Below, in pieces: positions 25,313 to 34,667 of a DNA stretch of 58,104 bases (the first letter of the stretch is position 1; each line of letters opens with the position of its first letter). Both the position numbers and the translations under genes were made by a program. The notes beneath the pieces were generated by a model. The model was not told the DNA's origin. It did not search any database and was given only the letters and a program-made list of their open reading frames with translations. The stretch is from Pseudomonadota bacterium (GTDB lineage: Bacteria > Pseudomonadota > Gammaproteobacteria > Burkholderiales > JAJZQI01). The stretch spans positions 1 to 58,104 of the forward strand of contig JAJZTZ010000001.1 in NCBI GenBank assembly GCA_021847305.1, read 5' to 3'.

Positions 25313-26800
25313 ATGACTACTATTGACTGGCATGCCAAAGCGGCGGCATTGAAAATCGACGGGCGCGCCTTGATCGACGGGCAGCGCGTATGGGCTCTGG
25401 ACGAAGCGACGTTTGAAAGCGTGTCGCCGGTTGACGGGCGCAAACTGGCGGATGTGGCGCGTTGTCAGGCGGCCGATGTCGATCGGGCTGTACTATCCGC
25501 CCGGGCTGCTTTTGAAGATCGTCGCTGGGCCGGCATGGCGCCGCGCGAGCGCAAACGCATCCTGATCCGCTTTGCCGATCTGGTGATGGAAAACCGCGAA
25601 GAACTGGCCTTGCTGGAAACCCTCGACATGGGCAAGCCGATCAGCGCCAGCATGAGCACCGATGCGCCGGCAACGGCCAATACCCTGCGCTGGTACGGCG
25701 AAGCGATCGACAAGGTGTACGACGAAATCGCGCCGACTGCCGATGACACGCTGGCTCTGATCACGCGCGAACCCATCGGTGTGGTGGCGGCCGTGGTGCC
25801 GTGGAATTATCCCTTGCTGATGGCTTCCTGGAAAATCGCCCCGGCTCTGGCGGCTGGTAATAGTGTGATTTTGAAACCGTCGGAAAAGTCGCCGCTGACT
25901 GCCCTGCGCCTGGGTGAGTTGGCGCTTGCTGCCGGTATTCCCCCCGGCGTGCTGAATGTGGTGCCTGGGTTCGGGCCGGAAGCCGGTTCGCCGTTGGCCT
26001 TGCATATGGACGTCGATTGCATCGCCTTTACCGGTTCGACCGGTGTGGGCAAGAAAATCCGGGTCATGGCGGGCCAGAGTAATCTCAAGCGGGCCTGGTG
26101 CGAACTGGGCGGCAAATCACCCAACATCGTGTTTGCTGATTGTCACGATCTGGACCGCGCCATCGAGGCGGCCGCCGGCTCGATTTTCTACAACCAGGGC
26201 GAGAGCTGCAATGCGCCGTCACGCCTGCTGGTGGAACGTTCCATCCGCGACGAGTTTGTGGAAAAGCTGAAAAAATACTCGCCGCAATACATGCCGGGCG
26301 ACCCGCTGGACCCGAACACCAAAATGGGCGCGCTGGTGGATGCCACCCAAATGCAGACCGTGCTCGGCTATATCGAAAGCGGCAAGAAAGAAGGTGCGCG
26401 TCTGTGCTGCGGCGGGCAGCAGGTGCGCACGGAAACGGGCGGTTACTACGTGTCTCCGACCATTTTCGATCAGGTTACCAATGACATGACCATCGCCAGC
26501 GAAGAAATTTTTGGTCCGGTCCTGTCGATCATTACCTTCGATACCCAGGAAGAAGCCATCCGCATCGCCAATGCAACCAATTACGGTTTGGCGGCCGCCG
26601 TGTGGACACGCGATATTTCGCGCGCGCATCGGGTGGCGCGGGCCCTGCGAGCAGGCACGGTGCATGTGAACAGTTACGACGAAGACGATATCACCGTGCC
26701 CTTCGGCGGTTTCAAGCAATCCGGCAATGGCCGCGACAAGTCACTGCACGCACTGGAAAAATACACGGAACTGAAAACCACCTGGATTCGTCTCGCCTGA
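25313..26800 (+). CDS. puuC: Gamma-glutamyl-gamma-aminobutyraldehyde / aminobutyraldehyde dehydrogenase-like aldehyde dehydrogenase
   Basis: 495 aa with ELGGKSP and GESCNAPSR. The N-terminal region is PuuC/KauB-like. Confidence 0.8.
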   Translation: MTTIDWHAKAAALKIDGRALIDGQRVWALDEATFESVSPVDGRKLADVARCQAADVDRAVLSARAAFEDRRWAGMAPRERKRILIRFADLVMENREELALLETLDMGKPISASMSTDAPATANTLRWYGEAIDKVYDEIAPTADDTLALITREPIGVVAAVVPWNYPLLMASWKIAPALAAGNSVILKPSEKSPLTALRLGELALAAGIPPGVLNVVPGFGPEAGSPLALHMDVDCIAFTGSTGVGKKIRVMAGQSNLKRAWCELGGKSPNIVFADCHDLDRAIEAAAGSIFYNQGESCNAPSRLLVERSIRDEFVEKLKKYSPQYMPGDPLDPNTKMGALVDATQMQTVLGYIESGKKEGARLCCGGQQVRTETGGYYVSPTIFDQVTNDMTIASEEIFGPVLSIITFDTQEEAIRIANATNYGLAAAVWTRDISRAHRVARALRAGTVHVNSYDEDDITVPFGGFKQSGNGRDKSLHALEKYTELKTTWIRLA

Positions 26801-26850
26801 ATGGGGCGGGAGAGGAAAACATCATGAGTACAAATTTGAGCAATGCATCT

Positions 26851-27045
26851 TTAGCATGAACGCCGTCTGGCGGCCACGCCGCAGGAAAACTCGCCGACCT
26901 CGATCCCGCGAATGATTTCGCCGCGAGCATCGTTGATGGTTTTGCCGTGTTCCAGTGTGATGGCTCTGGCCAGGTCGTCCATGTGCCGCTCGAGCAATTC
27001 CTTGAACTTGAACATGATGCGGTGCTCTTGTTGCGGGGTGGTCAT
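26851..27045 (-). pseudogene. Remnant (~60 codons) of a methylmalonate/malonate-semialdehyde dehydrogenase (MmsA/BauC-like)
   Basis: TPQQEHRIMFKFKELLERHMDDLARAITLEHGKTINDARGEIIRGIEVGEFSCGV corresponds to roughly residues 55-120 of MmsA-type enzymes. Both termini are absent. It lies directly downstream of the bauA-like gene. Confidence 0.65.
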
Positions 27046-27050
27046 GCTTT

Positions 27051-28472
27051 TTACTCCAGATTGGCCTGTTGTTGAATTTCCAGTTGATGGGCGGCCCATT
27101 GCTGTTCATTCTTGAGGTATTGGCTGATATCGAGACCGGCATCACCTTCCTTGGCAAGCGAGGTGAGCGCTTCGGCAATGGTGCTGAAAATCCGGTCGAT
27201 TTCATTTTTCTCGATGGTGAGCGGTGGGGAGATGGCGATGACGTCGCCGGTAAAGCGCACATGCACACCCATTTCGTAACACTTGAGGTAGGTGGCGAAA
27301 GCGCGGGCACCCGGTTTTTCCGGTGTCGGCTCAAGCTCAATGCCGGCTACCAGACCGATATTGCGGATGTCCTTAACGAACGGCAGGCCCTTTAAGGAAT
27401 GGGCGGCCTGTTCGAAATGCGAACTGAGCGAACCTGCACGCTCTTCCAGTTTTTCGCTGTTAAAAATATCGAGCATGGCGACGGCCGCTGCACAGGCGAC
27501 CGGATGCGCCGTGTAGGTGTAGCCATGAGGCAACTCGATCGCGTTCGGCGCGCTGTTGGCCATGAACGCGTCGTGGATTTCCGTTTTCACGGCTACGGCA
27601 CCCATCGGAATCGCCCCGTTGGTCAGCCCTTTGGCGCAGGTGAGGATGTCAGGCATGACGCCGAAGTAGTCCACACCGAACTTGGTACCCAGGCGGCCGA
27701 AACCGGTGATCACTTCATCGAATATGAGCAGAATGCCGTATTTGTCGCAAATCTCCCGCAGTCGTTGCAGGTATCCGGCAGGCGGCAGCACCACGCCGGC
27801 AGAGCCCTGCATCGGCTCAACAATCAGGGCGGCGATGGTGGACGGGTCATGCAGCGTCGTGATGCGTTGTTCAAATTCATTCGCCAGGGCGATGCCGCCA
27901 TCCTGCGGCACACCGCGGGTAAAGGCGTTGCGGCTGATATCAAGCGTGTGACGGAGGTGGTCAACGCCGGCCAGTCCATTACCGAAGGCTTTACGGTTGC
28001 CGGCAATGCCGCCTACCGAGACACCGCCAAAGTTCACCCCATGGTAACCGCGTTCGCGGCCAATCAGTTTATTGCGCATGGGGTTGCCGGTGATGCGGTG
28101 GTAAGCCAGGGCAATCTTGAGCGCGGTGTCGACGGATTCGGAGCCTGAGCCGGTGAAAAAAATTCTGTCCAGTCCCTTGGGCATGTAGTCGGCCAGTTTT
28201 TCTGCGGCTTCAAAGGCCAGTGGATGGCTGCACTGAAAAGCCGGCGCATAGTCGAGCGTACGCAGTTGGTGTGCAGCGGCGCTGGCAATCTCTTCCCGTC
28301 CGTGGCCGGCAGCGACACACCAGAGGCCGGCCGTCGCGTCGAGCAGTGTCCGGTCGTCGATGGTGGTGTAGTAATTGCCCTTGGCGGCCTTGAACAGGCG
28401 CGGCATGCTCTTGAACTGCCGGTTGGCCGTGAAAGGAAGCCAGTAATGCTGCAGGTTTGGCAGAGTGGCCAC
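27051..28472 (-). CDS. bauA: Omega-amino acid (beta-alanine)--pyruvate aminotransferase
   Basis: 473 aa class-III transaminase with YWLPFTANRQF, GSGSESVDTALK, FDEVITGFGRLG and CAKGLTNGAIP. GTG start. The C-terminal ~25 aa are atypical. Confidence 0.85.
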   Translation of the reverse strand: MATLPNLQHYWLPFTANRQFKSMPRLFKAAKGNYYTTIDDRTLLDATAGLWCVAAGHGREEIASAAAHQLRTLDYAPAFQCSHPLAFEAAEKLADYMPKGLDRIFFTGSGSESVDTALKIALAYHRITGNPMRNKLIGRERGYHGVNFGGVSVGGIAGNRKAFGNGLAGVDHLRHTLDISRNAFTRGVPQDGGIALANEFEQRITTLHDPSTIAALIVEPMQGSAGVVLPPAGYLQRLREICDKYGILLIFDEVITGFGRLGTKFGVDYFGVMPDILTCAKGLTNGAIPMGAVAVKTEIHDAFMANSAPNAIELPHGYTYTAHPVACAAAVAMLDIFNSEKLEERAGSLSSHFEQAAHSLKGLPFVKDIRNIGLVAGIELEPTPEKPGARAFATYLKCYEMGVHVRFTGDVIAISPPLTIEKNEIDRIFSTIAEALTSLAKEGDAGLDISQYLKNEQQWAAHQLEIQQQANLE

Positions 28473-28627
28473 GTGAGACTCCAGGAGGTTTAAATGTGGC
28501 GAGTTTCGAGGTGGTCGGGGCGGGCTGTCAAGACTGTATCTGGTACATTTTAAGTGACTGATTATATTGGGGTGTGCTAATGTGATGTTATTGAATAATT
28601 AACACTATAAACAGTTGGGGTAAGTAA

Positions 28628-29182
28628 ATGGATCAAGAGGTCGGTTTCCGGTTGCGGTTGGTAAGGCTGCGTTACCGTCTTTCGCAGCGTGCATTGGCAA
28701 AGCGGGCGGGTGTCGCGCATGCCACGATTTCATTGATCGAGTCGGGCAGAAGCAGTCCATCCGTCAGTGCGCTCAAACGCATTCTGGCGGCCATTCCGAT
28801 GACGCTGTCGGAATTTTTCTCGGATGAGCTGCCGCCGGCCGAGAGCGGGGTTTTCTTCCGGGCCGATGAATTGACCGAAATCAGCGGCGGCAACGGCATC
28901 TCGTATCGACAAATCGGTTCGGCCCGAGCCGGGCATGTGTTGCAGATACTGGTCGAGCGTTATGCCGCCGGGGCGGATACCGGCATGATCATGCTGCGTC
29001 ACGAGGGCGAGGAAGGCGGGGTGGTGTTGTCGGGGCAACTGGAGGTGACGGTGGGAGAATCCAGTCGGGTGCTGGGACCGGGCGACGCCTATTATTTCAA
29101 CAGTCGGCAGCCGCACCGCTTCCGTACCGTTGGCTCGGAGCCTTGTACCCTGGTGAGTTCGTGCAGCCCGCCGTCTTTTTGA
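28628..29182 (+). CDS. puuR: XRE-HTH plus cupin regulator (PuuR-like)
   Basis: 184 aa. The HTH is LSQRALAKRAGVAHATISLIESG and the C-terminal cupin is GEEGGVVLSGQLEVTV...YYFNSRQPHRF. Same architecture and size as E. coli PuuR. Confidence 0.8.
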   Translation: MDQEVGFRLRLVRLRYRLSQRALAKRAGVAHATISLIESGRSSPSVSALKRILAAIPMTLSEFFSDELPPAESGVFFRADELTEISGGNGISYRQIGSARAGHVLQILVERYAAGADTGMIMLRHEGEEGGVVLSGQLEVTVGESSRVLGPGDAYYFNSRQPHRFRTVGSEPCTLVSSCSPPSF

Positions 29183-29187
29183 TTCTT

Positions 29188-29235
29188 ATGTCTTATATAA
29201 GACATCATGGACGAGTATTTGTTCATTGTATATAC
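29188..29235. promoter_or_regulatory. Candidate GntR/HutC operators upstream of the GntR gene
   Basis: The perfect 18-bp palindrome ATGTCTTATATAAGACAT lies at 29188-29205. GTATATAC lies at 29228-29235. Both fit the GT-n-TA-n-AC flavour of HutC-subfamily sites. Confidence 0.4.
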
Positions 29236-29245
29236 TGCTTAAACA

Positions 29246-29992
29246 ATGATAGCCGACAATACAAAACCGAATTTCCTGCCGCTGTACGAACAAATCAAGC
29301 AATTGATAACACGCAGTCTGGCGCAAGGCGAATGGCAGCCGGGTGCGGCCATCCCCAGCGAAATGGAGCTGGCGCGCCGCTACGGTGTGAGTCAGGGGAC
29401 GGTGCGCAAGGCCATTGATGAGCTGGTGAAGGAAAACATGCTGGTTCGCCGTCAGGGTAAGGGGACGTTCGTTGCGACCCATTCCGATGCCGGCACGACC
29501 TATCGTTTCCTGCGACTGAAAAACCTGCAGGACAAACACGAGTATCCGCACAGTACATTTGTAGGCTTCCGTCGTGACAAGGCGGATGCCCAGGTGGCCA
29601 GGCGGCTGGAAATTCGCGGCGGCAGCGCCTTGGTTTGCATGCAGCGGGTGCTGGAGCTGTCGGGCCGGCCGGTCGTGTACGACGATATCCGGCTGCCGGC
29701 GGCGCTACTGAAGGGAATTTCCAGTGCGCTGGTGGAGGAGCACGTGAATGCCTTCAAGGGTACGCTTTACTCCCTGTACGAAAGTCATTATCAGATACGG
29801 ATCATTTCGGCGCATGAGCGTATCCGCGCGGCGTTGGCGGATGAGCAGTTGGCGGGCTATCTGAACGTGGCGGTCGGCACGCCATTGTTGGTTATCGAGC
29901 GGGTGGCGTTTACATACAAGAACAAGCCGGTTGAATGGCGTATGAGTTACGTCAGTACCGAGCACCATTACTATTTTGATGAACTGAATTAG
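29246..29992 (+). CDS. GntR/HutC-family regulator (wHTH + UTRA)
   Basis: 248 aa. The wHTH reads LPLYEQIKQLITRSL...PSEMELARRYGVSQGTVRKAIDELV, with a UTRA-like C-terminal half. Confidence 0.88.
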   Translation: MIADNTKPNFLPLYEQIKQLITRSLAQGEWQPGAAIPSEMELARRYGVSQGTVRKAIDELVKENMLVRRQGKGTFVATHSDAGTTYRFLRLKNLQDKHEYPHSTFVGFRRDKADAQVARRLEIRGGSALVCMQRVLELSGRPVVYDDIRLPAALLKGISSALVEEHVNAFKGTLYSLYESHYQIRIISAHERIRAALADEQLAGYLNVAVGTPLLVIERVAFTYKNKPVEWRMSYVSTEHHYYFDELN

Positions 29993-30000
29993 GAACTGAC

Positions 30001-31209
30001 ATGGACAATTTGAAGCAGCGGGCACTTGATTATCATGAATTTCCCAAAGCGGGAAAGCTGTCGGTCGATTCCTCCAAGCCCTGTGCCACTGCCGCCGAAT
30101 TGTCGCTTGCCTATACCCCGGGCGTGGCGGAACCCGTCAGGGAAATCGGCGCCAATCCGGAAAATGCCTACCGTTACACGAATAAAGGCAATCTCGTGGC
30201 GGTGATCTCCGACGGCACGGCCATTCTGGGGCTGGGCAATCTGGGTCCGCTGGCATCGAAGCCGGTGATGGAGGGCAAGGCGGTGCTGTTCAAGCGTTTT
30301 GCCAATGTCGATGTGTTCGACATTGAGGTAAACGCGCCCAGTGTCGAGGCGTTCATTGAAACGGTCGTCAACATCTCGCCCACCTTCGGCGGGATCAACC
30401 TGGAAGATATCGCCGCACCGCATTGCTTCGAGATCGAGCGCATTCTCAAGGAGCGGCTGGATATTCCGGTATTTCACGACGATCAGCACGGCACCGCCAT
30501 CATTATTTGCGCCGGGTTGATCAATGCGCTGGAACTGCAGGGTAAATCGCTGGCGGATGCAAAGATGGTCTGTCTGGGTGCCGGTGCGGCCGGTCTGGCC
30601 GGTATGCGCTTGTTGATCGCGATGGGCGCCAAAAAAGAGAACATGACCCTGGTGGACTCAAAAGGCGTGATTCATGCCGGCCGCACCGACCTGAACGTTT
30701 ACAAGCAGGAATTCGCCAAGGAAACCAGCATGCGCACGCTGGCAGACGCCATGACGGGGGCGGACGTGTTCATCGGCGTTTCCGGCCCGAATCTGGTGAC
30801 CGGCGACATGCTCAAGCTGATGGCGCCCAAGCCGGTGGTGTTTGCCATGGCCAATCCCGATCCGGAAATCCTGCCCAAGGATGCGCATGCCGCCCGGGAT
30901 GACCTGATCATGGCGACCGGCCGCTCCGATTTTCCCAATCAGGTGAACAATGTGCTGGGATTCCCCTATATCTTCCGCGGCGCGCTGGATGCCAGAGCCA
31001 GGAAAATCACCCGGAAAATGATGATCGCGGCGGTAAAGGCGCTGGCGGAAATGGCCAAAGAGCCGGTGCCGGAAGAGGTGTTGAAGGCCTACGGCGCGAC
31101 GGAAATGACCTTTGGCAAAGACTATATCCTGCCCAAGCCGTTTGATCCGCGACTGATCGATCGCATTCCGCCTGCTATTGCCGCGGCAGTTGAGAAAGAG
31201 GCGGATTAA
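30001..31209 (+). CDS. NAD(P)-dependent malic enzyme (short form, no PTA domain)
   Basis: 402 aa with LAYTPGVA, DGTAILGLGNLG, VFHDDQHGTA and LGAGAAG. Confidence 0.9.
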   Translation: MDNLKQRALDYHEFPKAGKLSVDSSKPCATAAELSLAYTPGVAEPVREIGANPENAYRYTNKGNLVAVISDGTAILGLGNLGPLASKPVMEGKAVLFKRFANVDVFDIEVNAPSVEAFIETVVNISPTFGGINLEDIAAPHCFEIERILKERLDIPVFHDDQHGTAIIICAGLINALELQGKSLADAKMVCLGAGAAGLAGMRLLIAMGAKKENMTLVDSKGVIHAGRTDLNVYKQEFAKETSMRTLADAMTGADVFIGVSGPNLVTGDMLKLMAPKPVVFAMANPDPEILPKDAHAARDDLIMATGRSDFPNQVNNVLGFPYIFRGALDARARKITRKMMIAAVKALAEMAKEPVPEEVLKAYGATEMTFGKDYILPKPFDPRLIDRIPPAIAAAVEKEAD

Positions 31210-31214
31210 CCGTC

Positions 31215-31589
31215 ATGCCGCCCCGTCGCCCGGTTTATCTCAATCTGTTCAAAATCAAGCTGCCGTTGCCGGGGCTGGTTTCCATCATGCACCGGGTCAG
31301 CGGCTTTGCCTTGTTTCTGGTTTTGCCCTGGCTGATTTACGCCCTGCAGCAGTCGCTAGCGTCCGAACAGGGATTTGAGCAACTGATGAGCTGGTTTGCT
31401 CAACCTCTGGTCAAGCTGGGCCTGCTGGCTGTCTTATGGGGTTACCTGCATCACTTTTGCATGGGGCTGCGTTATCTGGCGCTGGATATGGATATTGGCG
31501 TGGCGCTGCCGCAGGCTCGGTTTAGTGCAAAACTGGTGCTGGCTGTAAGCCTGACTGCCACGTTTCTGATAGGTATCCGCTTATGGTAA
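31215..31589 (+). CDS. sdhC: Succinate dehydrogenase cytochrome b556 subunit
   Basis: 124 aa, 3 TM, RPVYLNL...SIMHRVSG. Confidence 0.9.
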   Translation: MPPRRPVYLNLFKIKLPLPGLVSIMHRVSGFALFLVLPWLIYALQQSLASEQGFEQLMSWFAQPLVKLGLLAVLWGYLHHFCMGLRYLALDMDIGVALPQARFSAKLVLAVSLTATFLIGIRLW

Positions 31590-31933
31590 AGCGTATTGTG
31601 ACGGGAGCCCATTACGGGCTGCGCGATTGGCTCATGCAGCGCATCACCGCCGCAGTGATGGTGGTTTACACCCTGCTGCTGGCCGTCTACATTTTGTTTC
31701 ATCCAGTTGCGGATTATGCGGGCTGGAAGGCCATCTTCGGTCACGAGTTTGTCCGGTTGGCCACCCTGCTTTTCCTCTTGAGTCTGTTTCTGCATGCCTG
31801 GGTGGGGATGCGCGACATTTTCATGGACTACGTGCATTCCACCCTGGTCCGGCTTGCATTGCATGTCGCTGTGATCCTGGCGCTGGTCATGTACGCGATC
31901 TGGTCCGCGCAAATTTTATGGAGCATTCGATGA
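31583..31933 (+). CDS. sdhD: Succinate dehydrogenase membrane anchor subunit
   Basis: 116 aa, 3 TM. It overlaps the sdhC stop and the sdhA start. Confidence 0.9.
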   Translation: MVKRIVTGAHYGLRDWLMQRITAAVMVVYTLLLAVYILFHPVADYAGWKAIFGHEFVRLATLLFLLSLFLHAWVGMRDIFMDYVHSTLVRLALHVAVILALVMYAIWSAQILWSIR

Positions 31934-33693
31934 GCTTCCCCAAGCGAACATTCGACGCCGTCATCATCGGCGGCGGCGGCGCAGGGTTGCGGGCCGCCCT
32001 GCAACTGGCGGAAGCGAATCTGAAAGTGGCCGTGGTGTCGAAGGTTTTTCCGACCCGCTCCCACACCGTTTCCGCCCAGGGGGGCATAGCGGCCAGTCTG
32101 GGCAATGTGAGCGAGGACAACTGGCACTGGCATATGTACGACACGGTCAAGGGTTCGGATTATCTGGGTGATCAGGACGCCATCGAGTTCATGTGCCGCA
32201 ACGCGAATGAAGCGGTCATTGAGCTGGAGCATTACGGCATGCCGTTCGACCGGCTGGAAAACGGCAAAATTTACCAGCGGCCGTTCGGCGGCATGACGCA
32301 GAACTACGGCGGTGCGCCCGCCGTGCGTACCTGTGCTGCCGCAGACCGCACCGGCCATGCGATGCTGCATACCCTGTATCAGCGCAACATCGCCGCGCGC
32401 ACGCAGTTCTTCGAGGAATATTTTGCGGTTGATCTGGTCATGGACGATCAGGGTTATGCCCAGGGCGTGGTCGCCCTCAGCATTGAAACCGGCGAGACAC
32501 TGTTCATCGAGGCGCGCGCGACCATCCTGGCAACCGGTGGCGCCGGGAGGATTTTCTCGGTCACGACAAACGCCCTGATCAATACCGGCGATGGCCTGGG
32601 CATGGCGCTCAGAGCCGGTTTGCCGCTGGAAGACATGGAATTCTGGCAGTTTCATCCAACCGGCATTCACGGCGCCGGCGTGCTGGTGACGGAAGGGGTG
32701 CGCGGCGAGGGCGGTTATCTGGTCAACAAGAACGGCGAGCGTTTCATGGAGCGTTACGCGCCCAATGCCAAGGATTTGGCCAGCCGCGACGTGGTGGCCC
32801 GCGCGATGGCGGTCGAGATTTACGAAGGGCGTGGCTGCGGCAAGGATGGCGATCATGTCCTGCTAAAACTTGATCATCTGGGCGCGGATGTAATTCAGCA
32901 ACGCCTGCCGGGCATACGTGAATTGTCCCTCAAATTCGCCCATGTCGACCCGTCCACGGCACCCATCCCTGTTGTTCCGACCGTGCATTACATGATGGGT
33001 GGCATCCCGACCAATTTGCGCGGCCAGGTCGTCACCCCGACGGCCACGGGGCCGGAGGAAGCCGTGCCCGGTCTTTATGCGATCGGCGAGTGCGCCTGCG
33101 TGTCGGTGCACGGGGCCAACCGGCTGGGCAGCAATTCCCTGCTCGACCTGATTGTGTTCGGCCGTGCGGCGGGCAACGATGTGATCGAATATTGCCGTGA
33201 AAACCCGTTTCCGCGCCCGGTGCAAGAGCCCTCGCTGGACAAAATCGCGGCACGCCTGGCACGCTGGGACAGGGCCGGCGACGGCATTACCGTTCCCGAG
33301 CTGCGTGAAGAAATGAGCAAAACCATGCAGTTGCATTGCGGCGTGTTCCGCCAGGAAGAGATGTTGCAGGAAGGCGTGAAAAAGATGCAGCAAATCGCCG
33401 CCAAGTTGCCCGATGTGGTGCTGCGCGATCACAGCAAGGTCTACAATACCGGTCGGATCGAAGCCCTCGAGCTGGAAAACCTGATGGGCGTGGCGTTGGC
33501 CACCATGACTTCCGCCGCCGCCAGGCAGGAGAGCCGCGGAGCGCATGCTCGCGACGATTTTACCGCGCGGGACGACAAGAGCTGGATGAAACACACCCTG
33601 TATTTTGCCGAAAATCACCGGCTGGATTACAAACCGGTCCGTCTAAAACCGTTGACAGTCGAGGCATTCCAGCCCAAGGCGAGAACCTACTAG
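31930..33693 (+). CDS. sdhA: Succinate dehydrogenase flavoprotein subunit
   Basis: ATGA overlap with sdh[18 protein letters not shown] and [10 protein letters not shown] (FAD-His). The N-terminal 101 codons of track ORF 31627.. are an artefact. Confidence 0.96.
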   Translation: MSFPKRTFDAVIIGGGGAGLRAALQLAEANLKVAVVSKVFPTRSHTVSAQGGIAASLGNVSEDNWHWHMYDTVKGSDYLGDQDAIEFMCRNANEAVIELEHYGMPFDRLENGKIYQRPFGGMTQNYGGAPAVRTCAAADRTGHAMLHTLYQRNIAARTQFFEEYFAVDLVMDDQGYAQGVVALSIETGETLFIEARATILATGGAGRIFSVTTNALINTGDGLGMALRAGLPLEDMEFWQFHPTGIHGAGVLVTEGVRGEGGYLVNKNGERFMERYAPNAKDLASRDVVARAMAVEIYEGRGCGKDGDHVLLKLDHLGADVIQQRLPGIRELSLKFAHVDPSTAPIPVVPTVHYMMGGIPTNLRGQVVTPTATGPEEAVPGLYAIGECACVSVHGANRLGSNSLLDLIVFGRAAGNDVIEYCRENPFPRPVQEPSLDKIAARLARWDRAGDGITVPELREEMSKTMQLHCGVFRQEEMLQEGVKKMQQIAAKLPDVVLRDHSKVYNTGRIEALELENLMGVALATMTSAAARQESRGAHARDDFTARDDKSWMKHTLYFAENHRLDYKPVRLKPLTVEAFQPKARTY

Positions 33694-33702
33694 GAATTGA
33701 CC

Positions 33703-34398
33703 ATGCGTTTCTCGATTTACCGCTTTAATCCCGAAACCGACGCCAAACCGTATATGCAGGATTACGAGCTGGATCTCGAAGCCGAGGGCAAAATGCTGCT
33801 GGATGCGATCCTGCTGATCAAGGAGCAGGATGAGACACTGACGGTGAGGCGTTCCTGCCGCGAAGGGGTGTGCGGTTCCGACGGGATGAACATCAACGGG
33901 CGCAATGGCTTGGCCTGCGTCACTCCGTTACAGGACCTCAAGCAGCCGATCGAATTGAGGCCCTTGCCGGGGTTACCTGTAATACGGGATCTGGTGGTTG
34001 ATATGACTCAGTTCTACAAGCAGTATCGCTCTATCAAGCCCTACGTGGTCAACAATGATCCCGAGCCGGAAATCGAGCGTCTGCAGTCGCCGGAGGAACG
34101 GGCCGAGCTCGACGGCCTGTACGAATGCATTCTGTGCGCCTGTTGCTCCACCTCGTGCCCGTCGTTCTGGTGGAATCCGGACAAATTCGTCGGCCCCGCC
34201 GGTTTGCTGCAGGCCTACCGTTTCATTGCCGACAGTCGCGATCAGGCAAGCAATGAACGGCTGGACGACCTGGAGGATCCCTACCGGCTGTTCCGCTGCC
34301 ACAGCATCATGAGCTGCGCCGAGGTCTGCCCCAAGGGCCTGAGTCCGACACGCGCAATCGGCAAGATCAAGGAGATCCTGGTTAAAAGGACCGTCTGA
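33703..34398 (+). CDS. sdhB: Succinate dehydrogenase iron-sulfur subunit
   Basis: Cys clusters CREGVCGSDGM, CILCACCSTSCP and CHSIMSCAEVCP. Confidence 0.96.
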   Translation: MRFSIYRFNPETDAKPYMQDYELDLEAEGKMLLDAILLIKEQDETLTVRRSCREGVCGSDGMNINGRNGLACVTPLQDLKQPIELRPLPGLPVIRDLVVDMTQFYKQYRSIKPYVVNNDPEPEIERLQSPEERAELDGLYECILCACCSTSCPSFWWNPDKFVGPAGLLQAYRFIADSRDQASNERLDDLEDPYRLFRCHSIMSCAEVCPKGLSPTRAIGKIKEILVKRTV

Positions 34399-34400
34399 CT

Positions 34401-34652
34401 GTGCAAGCGGAAAAGAACGTGTCGCAGCCCGATCTGAATCGTTTGCGCTGGAAGTGTAGGCGGGGCATGCTCGAACTCGATCTGCTGTTGGCCCAATTTC
34501 TTGACTCAGGCATTGATCAGCTTACCGATGGACAGTTGCACGCATTCAGTCAGCTGCTCGACCTGGAAGACCAGGAGCTTTGGCAGAAGTTGCGCCGCGC
34601 GGGTGGTGAGAGCATGTCTGTACTGGCCGTGCTGATGCTGGCAAGTCGGTAA
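34401..34652 (+). CDS. sdhE: FAD assembly factor SdhE
   Basis: 83 aa with the RGMLELD (RGxxE) motif. It lies directly after sdhB. GTG start. Confidence 0.85.
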   Translation: MQAEKNVSQPDLNRLRWKCRRGMLELDLLLAQFLDSGIDQLTDGQLHAFSQLLDLEDQELWQKLRRAGGESMSVLAVLMLASR

Positions 34653-34667
34653 CAAGGACATACGGGC

